Shown here piece after piece: positions 34,217 through 41,390 of a DNA stretch of 49,185 bases. Numbering within the stretch: position 1 is the stretch's first letter; each line of letters starts with the position of its first letter. This stretch comes from an uncultured Gammaproteobacteria bacterium (lineage in GTDB: Bacteria; Patescibacteriota; Patescibacteriia; UBA2591; UBA6264), in assembly GCA_964580825.1 (NCBI GenBank), contig CAZOLB010000003.1, positions 1 through 49,185 on the forward strand. Direction: 5' to 3'. Below the pieces are notes generated by a model, which had not been told where the DNA came from, did not search any database, and saw nothing but the letters and a program-made list of their open reading frames with translations. A program made the translations under genes and the position numbers.

Positions 34217-34756
34217 ATGAACAACAATCAAAATCCTATAAAAAATTTAAACGAATTTATTCAAAAAGTGGGCGAGATAAAAAAGCAAGAAAAAATGGAT
34301 TTATCGTCCGATCAAGATTTGAGTATTGCCATAATGAATTTAGTAAGTATTGAGGAACATTTCTTTTTTACTGGCGCTAAATTTGGAAAAACTGAATACT
34401 ACGACATGATTAAGGATGTGAGGAAAATGAGAAAAGAGCTACTTAAAAAAATTATCAAAGAATACGAGGGCGAAATTTGGTGCATTTCCAAACACCTGCT
34501 CGCCGCTTCTATGCGCCTTATGGAAGTCGGCACCAAACAATTAGGAATGAATAAAAAGGACGAGGCATATGATCTTTTCGGCAAAGCCTACAATCTTTAT
34601 TCCTTATTTTGGGGACTCAATATGAAACTTTTCAATGTCGGCGATATCAAAAAAATAGATGATAAAGCTCTAAATAAACAAGATAAAGAGAAAAAAGGAT
34701 TTATAGGAAAACTTGGCGAATTAATAAAAAGAGTAATCGATTGCTGTATCGAATAA
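34217..34756 (+). CDS. Hypothetical helical protein ending in CCIE
   Basis: 179-aa, Lys/Glu-rich ORF with a C-terminal DCCIE. No recognisable motif. Confidence 0.5.
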   Translation: MNNNQNPIKNLNEFIQKVGEIKKQEKMDLSSDQDLSIAIMNLVSIEEHFFFTGAKFGKTEYYDMIKDVRKMRKELLKKIIKEYEGEIWCISKHLLAASMRLMEVGTKQLGMNKKDEAYDLFGKAYNLYSLFWGLNMKLFNVGDIKKIDDKALNKQDKEKKGFIGKLGELIKRVIDCCIE

Positions 34757-34848
34757 AAAATGTTTTAAAAAAATATTAAGTTTTTTACTTTTTACATCTA
34801 AACCCAAATGATTGATGTTTGGATAATAACTAATTAAATAATATAACT

Positions 34849-35076
34849 ATGGGAAAACAAATATTTTTAACTGAGGCAGAGGAAGGCAGGGAAGTCGAAA
34901 TTATTTCTATTGAAGCAGGATTGCATGCGACCAAAAGATTGTCTGATTTGGGTTTGACTCCTAAAACTAAAATAAAGGTTTTAAGAAAAGCAATCTCCGG
35001 CCCGATAGAAATTGAGTTAAGGGGCTCAAAATTAGTAGTGGGCAGAGGGTTGGCAAGCAAAATATTTATAAAATAA
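34849..35076 (+). CDS. feoA: Ferrous iron transport protein A
   Basis: 75 aa. GREVEIISI...RLSDLGLTPKTKIKVL...GPIEIELRGSKLVVGRGLASKIFI is the FeoA SH3-like pattern. Confidence 0.85.
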   Translation: MGKQIFLTEAEEGREVEIISIEAGLHATKRLSDLGLTPKTKIKVLRKAISGPIEIELRGSKLVVGRGLASKIFIK

Positions 35077-35083
35077 ATTTAAT

Positions 35084-37015
35084 ATGCTAGGAAAGAAGAT
35101 AAATATCGTTTTAGCCGGCCAAGCCAATGTGGGCAAGAGTGTTACTTTTAACTATTTGACTGGCCTGCACCAGCATATCGGCAATTGGCCGGGAAAGACA
35201 ATTGAAAAAGCTGAAGGCACTTTGTTTTATCGCGGCCATACTATTGATATTGTTGATTTGCCCGGTATTTATTCTTTGTCAACTTATTCAATTGAAGAAT
35301 TAATATCCAGAGAATATATTGCCGAACAAAATCCCGATTTAATAATAAATGTTGTCGATGCGACTCGCTTGGAAAGAAATTTACTTTTTACTTTACAGCT
35401 TTTAGAGATGGGCAAACCAGTAGTTTTGAGCCTAAACATGACCAACTTATTGGAAAAAAGAGGTATGGCGATTAATACGATTGAACTTGAAAAAATTTTA
35501 GGAATTCCGGTTGTACCCGCAATTGCTACTCAGGGCAAAGGTCTGACTGAGATGTTAGACCGCGGTATTGAGTTAATAAAAAAAGAAAAAGACGTTAAAC
35601 CGATAAAATACGGAAATGAAGTTGAGGAAAAAATAAATCACTTAGCAAAAAAATTAAAAAATACAAAGTTGCAATCTTCGCCGAGATGGATCGCAATTAA
35701 ACTTTTGGAAAAAGACAAGGAAATAGAAAAACTAATCAAAGAGAGCACCCCTGATATATTAAAGGAGGCGGAATGTTTGTGCCAAGAGCTGGAAAAAATT
35801 CATGGCCATGATTCATCGCTCGTAATTGCTGGTGAAAGATGTTTTTTGGCTTCGCAAATAATCGCAAAGGTTTTAAAAATAACCGAATCTAACAAAAAAA
35901 ACTTTAATGAAATACTGGACTCGATAATCTGCCACAAAATTTGGGGGTATCCACTAATGCTGGCTTCATTGAGTCTTGTTTTTTATATAATTTTTACATT
36001 TGGCGGCTGGGCAACTTCTCTTTTGGAAAATATAACATCCGGCTGGCAATTGGCCTGGGAACAATTTTTCGGCATCTCTGTTTTAAGTTCGCTTTTTTGG
36101 TCAGCCATTGAATCAATCTTGGCTTTAATCAGTATTGCCCTTCCCTACATCATCCCTTTTTATTTAATCTTATTCTTGCTGGAAAATTTTGGTTACCTAT
36201 CCAGAGTCGCTTTTTTAATGGATCATTTTATGCATAAAATGGGAGTTCATGGCAAGGCCTGCATTCCTATGATAATGGGATTTAGTTGTAATGTGCCGGC
36301 TTGTTTATCCTGCCGTATCATGGAAACGGAAAGAGAAAGGTTTATCACCGGTTTTTTAACGACTCTGATTCCCTGTTCGGCGAAAACAATAATTGTCATG
36401 GGATTAGTGTCAAAGTTTGTCGGCATAGGCTGGGCATTTGGTTTGTATCTTTTTCTTGGTTTATTAATTTTTATCTTAGGCAAAATAACTTCTCGCGTAT
36501 TGTCGGGTGAAAGCGTTGAGCTGATCATGGAGATGCCGGACTATAGAAAACCAAACATCAAAGCAATCCTTTTGCAAACATGGTTTAGGGTAAGGGCATT
36601 TATTTTTATCGCCGCTCCTTTAGTGGTTTTATTGGGAGTATTGATAAGAGCAATTTCCTTGGCCGGATGGTTAGACGCAATCGCCGGCTTCTTAAGCCCA
36701 ATAACGGTTGGCTGGCTGGGTTTGCCGGCAATTTGCGGGGTTTTGCTTATTTTTGGCATCTTGCGGAAAGAGCTGATTTTGGTTATGCTTGCTGGCTTGC
36801 TGGGAACGGCGGATTTCACTCAAGTATTATCACCGGCACAAATGATTACTTTGGCTTTGGTAAGTTTACTTTATTTCCCTTGCATAGCAACCGTTGCGGC
36901 TTTTTGGCATGAATTCGGCTGGAAAAAAACAATAAGCGTTGTTATGGTAGAATTATCCATTGCCATTTTATTGGGAGGCTTGGCATATAGAATATTAAAA
37001 TTATTTTTTATTTAA
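35084..37015 (+). CDS. feoB: Ferrous iron transporter B
   Basis: The N-terminal G-domain has GQANVGKSVTFNYLTG and DLPG, followed by polytopic gate-motif membrane domains. 643 aa. Confidence 0.9.
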   Translation: MLGKKINIVLAGQANVGKSVTFNYLTGLHQHIGNWPGKTIEKAEGTLFYRGHTIDIVDLPGIYSLSTYSIEELISREYIAEQNPDLIINVVDATRLERNLLFTLQLLEMGKPVVLSLNMTNLLEKRGMAINTIELEKILGIPVVPAIATQGKGLTEMLDRGIELIKKEKDVKPIKYGNEVEEKINHLAKKLKNTKLQSSPRWIAIKLLEKDKEIEKLIKESTPDILKEAECLCQELEKIHGHDSSLVIAGERCFLASQIIAKVLKITESNKKNFNEILDSIICHKIWGYPLMLASLSLVFYIIFTFGGWATSLLENITSGWQLAWEQFFGISVLSSLFWSAIESILALISIALPYIIPFYLILFLLENFGYLSRVAFLMDHFMHKMGVHGKACIPMIMGFSCNVPACLSCRIMETERERFITGFLTTLIPCSAKTIIVMGLVSKFVGIGWAFGLYLFLGLLIFILGKITSRVLSGESVELIMEMPDYRKPNIKAILLQTWFRVRAFIFIAAPLVVLLGVLIRAISLAGWLDAIAGFLSPITVGWLGLPAICGVLLIFGILRKELILVMLAGLLGTADFTQVLSPAQMITLALVSLLYFPCIATVAAFWHEFGWKKTISVVMVELSIAILLGGLAYRILKLFFI

Positions 37016-37035
37016 TTACTTACCATTTAAACACT

Positions 37036-38224
37036 ATGAAAAAAAGCTTTTTTCTTTTCTTGATAATTTTATTTAGCATGATTTTTCTTGCTTCTAATTT
37101 CTCTTATGCTCAAGATAACGGAATAGAAACTATAACGAAGAAAGTGTCTCAGAAGAAATGATGCCGCAGGAACAAGCCACAAACCGCAAGGCGCGGAAGA
37201 AACTTTTGAAGCAAAAATAATAAAAATTTTAGATCAAAAAGAGATTAGCAGGGAAGATGGATCGAAGGCTATTCAGCAAAATTTATTATTGAAAGGATTA
37301 AAAGGAAAAGGGAAAGATAAAGAAATAAAATTTGACGGAATTTCCGATATAGAAGTAGCCAATGCTGGAATTTATAAGGCAGGCGATAAAGTTTTAGTGC
37401 AAAAATCTACTAATGTTGCAGGTAAAGAAATATATTATGTCACAGATTTTGTCAGACGAGGATATTTGTATTTGCTTGGAGCTATTTTTTGCCTGATAAT
37501 CGTTTTAATCGGCAGACAAAAAGGAATAAAATCTTTAATTGGTCTAATTGTTAGTTTTTTTATCATTATTAAATTTATTTTGCCTAAAATATTAGACGGA
37601 AGCAATCCTTTATATATTGGTCTTATCGGCGCTTTTCTTATCTTAACTATAATAATTTATTTAACTGAGGGGCTGAACAAAAAATCACACTTAGCGGTAT
37701 TGAGCGTTTTCATTTCTTTGTTCATTACATTGATATTTTCTTGGTTGTTTACAAAGTTAACCAGGCTATCGGGCTTGTCCCAAGAAGATGCCGTTTTTTT
37801 AATCGGTATGACTAAGACAGCAATTAACTTTCAAGGTTTGTTATTGGCCGGCATGCTGATTGGGGCAGTCGGCGTTTTAGATGATGTGATTGTCAGTCAA
37901 ATTGAAGTGGTAAAACAGATTAAAGAAATAAATCCGCAGATGGATAATGGTAAAGTATTTAAAGCCGCTTTTAAAGTCGGGAATACTCATTTAGGGACGA
38001 TGGTAAATACTTTATTTTTGACTTATGCCGGCGCTTCTTTGCCGTTATTGCTTTTATTTACAATTCAGCAAGAACCGTTTTTGTCTTTTAGCCAGATTAT
38101 CAATAATGAAATGATAGCAACTGAAATTGTCAGAACATTTGTCGGCAGTATCGGTGTCGCTCTTTCAATGCCGATTGCTACATATTTTGGAGCTTATTGG
38201 CTTAAAAACAAAAAGGGGTTATAA
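37036..38224 (+). pseudogene. YibE/F-family membrane protein, apparently interrupted by two frameshifts near its 5' end
   Basis: The signal/anchor ORF MKKSFFLFLIILFSMIFLASNFSYAQDNGIETIT... (37036-37160) is in one frame. EESVSEEMMPQEQATNRKA is in a second frame. EETFEAKIIKILDQKEI..., continuous with the 37289..38224 ORF, is in a third frame. Confidence 0.6.
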
Positions 38225-38326
38225 AAATTACCTTATAAATTATTCATTAGTTTATTAGTGAGTTTTCTGGTATTGGTTCAATTACACCCCACTGTTCGTT
38301 TGACTTATATTTTTTAATAATATACA

Positions 38327-38941
38327 ATGGAAGCAAGAGTATTTAATGCTTCCGTCAAACATATACTTATGGACAGCTTAATTGCCAAATTATACCAATC
38401 CCCCAAAACCATCCTTACCACAAAGGACTTGGCTTTGCTTTGGGAGGAAACCAACCCGATCAATTTAAAGTCTAAGATTGGCTATTATGCCAAGCAAGGC
38501 ACATTAATCCGATTAACTCGGGGGATTTTCGCAAAGGATAAAAATTATAATTCTAAAGAATTGGCGACGAGCATTTATACGCCATCCTACATCAGCTTTG
38601 AGACGGTCTTGCGAGAAGCTGGAGTTATTTTCCAACACTATGACACCATTTTTGTTGCCGGTCCCTGGCCGTTGACCAAGAAAATCGGACAATATACATT
38701 TACTTTTAGAAAACTTAAAGACAGCGTGCTTTATAGTTCGGCTGGAGTTAAGAATGAAAATAATTTCAGCATTGCCACATTAGAGCGGGCGTTTTTGGAT
38801 ATGATTTATCTGTTTCCGAAATACTATTTTGATAATCTGAAATCAATAAACTGGGAGATGTGTTTTGAACTGGCTAAAATTTATGATAATCAGCAATTGA
38901 TCAAACGCTTAACTAAATATCAAAAAAATTATGCCGAATAA
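38327..38941 (+). CDS. abiEi: AbiEi-family antitoxin / transcriptional regulator (type IV TA)
   Basis: ILTTKDLALLW...YYAKQGTLIRLTRGIFA matches the AbiEi N-terminal wHTH pattern. It overlaps the downstream NTase gene by 11 nt. Confidence 0.75.
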   Translation: MEARVFNASVKHILMDSLIAKLYQSPKTILTTKDLALLWEETNPINLKSKIGYYAKQGTLIRLTRGIFAKDKNYNSKELATSIYTPSYISFETVLREAGVIFQHYDTIFVAGPWPLTKKIGQYTFTFRKLKDSVLYSSAGVKNENNFSIATLERAFLDMIYLFPKYYFDNLKSINWEMCFELAKIYDNQQLIKRLTKYQKNYAE

Positions 38942-39641
38942 AGAAAAACATCAGTTGATCATGGGACAGATTTTGAGAGATATTTATACCGACGTTTCCA
39001 TTTCTTCTCTCATTGGATTTAAGGGCGGCACCTGTGCTTATTTTTTCTACGGCCTGCCGAGATTTTCAGTGGATTTGGATTTTGACTTATTTTCGACGGA
39101 CGAAGCCACGCAAAAATTAGTGTTTGAAAAAGTCGGAGGCATGCTGAAAAAATATGGGGAGATCAAAGACAACTACATCAAACGAAATACGATATTCTTC
39201 TTGCTTTCCTATGGCGACGCTGACCATAATATCAAAGTTGAGGTGAACATAAGAATACTGATGCCTGATATTAAAGAGCATTACGAGTTGAAAGAGTATT
39301 TAGGCATTTCCATGCTGGTCGGCAAGAAGGATTATTTGTTCGCGAGCAAACTGGCCGCACTAACACTTCGAAGCGAAACGGCCACACGTGATATTTACGA
39401 CATTTGGTATTTCGCCAAAAGCAATTGGGATATCAATGCAGAAGTCATAAAAGCGAGGACAGACAAAACTATCAAAGAGCACTTAGCTGACTGCATCCCG
39501 GTTATTGAAGAGGTCAAAGATAATCAAATCCTTCAGGGTCTTGGCGAGCTTTTAAGCGAAAAGGAAAAAGCATGGGTCAAAAATCATTTGAGAAAAGAAG
39601 TAGTTTTTTTGCTTAAAAATTATATGTCGGTATTAAAATAA
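38931..39641 (+). CDS. abiEii: AbiEii/AbiGii-family nucleotidyltransferase toxin (DUF1814)
   Basis: FKGGTCAYFFYGLPRFSVDLDFD is the NTase core. 236 aa, paired with AbiEi. Confidence 0.8.
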   Translation: MPNKEKHQLIMGQILRDIYTDVSISSLIGFKGGTCAYFFYGLPRFSVDLDFDLFSTDEATQKLVFEKVGGMLKKYGEIKDNYIKRNTIFFLLSYGDADHNIKVEVNIRILMPDIKEHYELKEYLGISMLVGKKDYLFASKLAALTLRSETATRDIYDIWYFAKSNWDINAEVIKARTDKTIKEHLADCIPVIEEVKDNQILQGLGELLSEKEKAWVKNHLRKEVVFLLKNYMSVLK

Positions 39642-39651
39642 AAATCACATT

Positions 39652-40149
39652 ATGATCAACAAAGAACCTAAACACAAACTGGATAAACGATATCTCAAGA
39701 AATTCGAGATTATCGAGACCGAAGTCGAATTGCCCATTCAGGGACAAGTTCGTGACCCGGAAGATTTATATCAATTTCTCAAAGATTTAGAAAATGAAAA
39801 TGTTTCCAAAGTGATTGGAATTTATCTCGACAACAATAATTTATTTTTAGGCCATCAGGTCTTTATCGGGGCTTCCTCCGGAGCTTTTGATACCCAACTC
39901 CTCTATCATTATTACGCTCTTTTCCTCGCCAAGAAGTTTATGGTTTTAATAAACCATCCTGATTCCACCGACCCGACTCCTGATGATGCTGATAAGAAAC
40001 TAATGAGGGCACTGCAAACAGACGCACAAGTACTCTCATTCAAGCCATTTTTTGCAGATTTTATTATCGTTGCCAAGAGATCATATTTCAGCATGGCCAT
40101 ACAAGATGGCACGGCCGGTCACGGCCATCAGAAACCTATAGAAAAGTAG
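39652..40149 (+). CDS. RadC-like JAB/MPN-domain protein with a degenerate metal site
   Basis: LINHPDSTDPTPDDAD...FADFIIV parallels the RadC motif HNHPSGDPTPS.ED...DHIIV, but the first His and the Ser are replaced. Confidence 0.6.
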   Translation: MINKEPKHKLDKRYLKKFEIIETEVELPIQGQVRDPEDLYQFLKDLENENVSKVIGIYLDNNNLFLGHQVFIGASSGAFDTQLLYHYYALFLAKKFMVLINHPDSTDPTPDDADKKLMRALQTDAQVLSFKPFFADFIIVAKRSYFSMAIQDGTAGHGHQKPIEK

Positions 40150-40187
40150 GTGCCTATTTGGTCGAAAATTATGCACACCGGCGACTA

Positions 40188-40217
40188 TTGCACGACTTTT
40201 ATGTAAAGTGCTATAAT
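40188..40217 (+). promoter_or_regulatory. Sigma70-type promoter with an extended -10
   Basis: TTGCAC (40188-93), N18, TGcTATAAT (40209-17). Confidence 0.55.
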
Positions 40218-40223
40218 AAAAAT

Positions 40224-40332
40224 AACAACTGAATAGCATATGCCTCAAGAGGCATCCTGAAAGGTATTCCGAGTTCAAGAGCTCGCGATCCGTAATCAAT
40301 TTTGATTGCAGGTCGCGAGCTCTTTTTGTTTT
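40224..40332 (+). ncRNA. Candidate roughly 105-nt small RNA (promoter, 5' hairpin, long terminator hairpin), family unknown
   Basis: The 5' hairpin is ATGCCT-CAAG-AGGCAT (40239-54). A long hairpin at 40278-40323 pairs AGAGCTCGCGA with TCGCGAGCTCT, has an inner AATCA/TGATT stem, and is followed by TTTTGTTTT. The only ORF inside is 6 codons. Confidence 0.45.
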
Positions 40333-40480
40333 CAGTTGTTGTCAGCTCTCTGATACCCCGGGCGGTCGACATCCAACATTCGTGATCGACCTCACACTGC
40401 TCGGAGCTCACGGGTTCCGGGTTGAATAATAAAACACGAAGGATGCCGGAGTATTAGAGATTTGAATAAATATTTATTTT

Positions 40481-41248
40481 ATGTTTTCCAAATTCCAATC
40501 ATTACCAAGTTATTTCGGCGGCAAGCGCAAGCTGGTCAAATATATTTTTAAGCCGATCAAAAAGACCGAGGGAATTTTTATCGACGCCTTTCTTGGTGGC
40601 GGATCAGTGAGTCTCTATGCCAAAGCTAAAGGATACAAAGTTATTGCCAACGACATCGCCTTCCGGTCCCTGATCATCGGCAAAGCGATCATCTCCAACA
40701 ATTCAGTAAAACTTGAAAGCGAGGATCTGGCGCGTCTCTTTTTCAAAACCAAACACGATGGATTTATAAAAAAGAATTACTGTCCGAAAGTTTTCACCAC
40801 CAAGATCGCGGACTTTCTCGATAACGCCGTAGCCGCCGCGCGAGAAGTGGAAAACGAAACTAAACGATATCTGCTTTTGCACCTTTTAATAAAATTTGTT
40901 CTCTCCTGCCGGCAATTCGGAAAATTCACTCACACCCGGGACACCCTCGATCTTGAAGCTCGGAAATGGGAGTGGCCTCTCCGGTCCAAATCGCACGCGC
41001 CAAAGAATCTTCGGATGATACAAAACCCGATGTTCACTTTGGAGAAATTAAAAGACGAAGTCAATCATGGAATTTTTGACAATCACCAAGACAACGAAAT
41101 ACACCAACAGGATGTGTTTGATTTTCTCAAAGACGTTAAGGGTGACGATAAAGTTTCGTTGGAGACCATGGCGAGGATCCGGTACGCCGCAAATACAAGA
41201 TTTGATGAATCATTATGTTCTATATGCGGTTGTGACCATAAGATCTAG
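40481..41248 (+). pseudogene. Decayed D12-class (Dam-like) N6-adenine DNA methyltransferase
   Basis: The N-terminal motifs PSYFGGKRKL and AFLGGGSVSL are intact. No in-frame DPPY is present: a remnant GAT CCG (DP) at 41176-81 lies in a different frame from the following TAC GCC GCA (YAA). The ORF ends about 20 codons later, far short of full length. Confidence 0.6.
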
Positions 41249-41314
41249 AGATTTCCCACTCAGGTTAAACTTTTCTCCAGTGATTAGTTAATGACTCTAA
41301 AAATTTTGTTTTTT

Positions 41315-41346
41315 AAGGGCGAATAAACTCAATTCGCCCTTTTATT
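41315..41346 (+). terminator. Intrinsic terminator
   Basis: AAGGGCGAAT-AAACTCA-ATTCGCCCTT followed by TTATT. Confidence 0.6.
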
Positions 41347-41390
41347 GTCAAAAATGTTGGTAGCTGGTAAAATATTGAAAAATAGAGATT

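Noticed and set aside
34757-34848. Fur-box upstream of feoA (GATAATAACTAATTAAATA)
   Set aside because: It matches the 19-bp Fur consensus at only about 11 of 19 positions, in very AT-rich DNA. That is not distinguishable from background by eye.
40081-40411. Two minus-strand ORFs (72 and 66 aa) across the sRNA-like region
   Set aside because: They overlap each other and the promoter/terminator structures, and have no motifs. The region is better explained as non-coding.
41067-41291. 74-aa plus-strand ORF in an alternative frame of the dam 3' end
   Set aside because: It does not restore DPPY or any methyltransferase motif. It is a by-product of the decayed gene.
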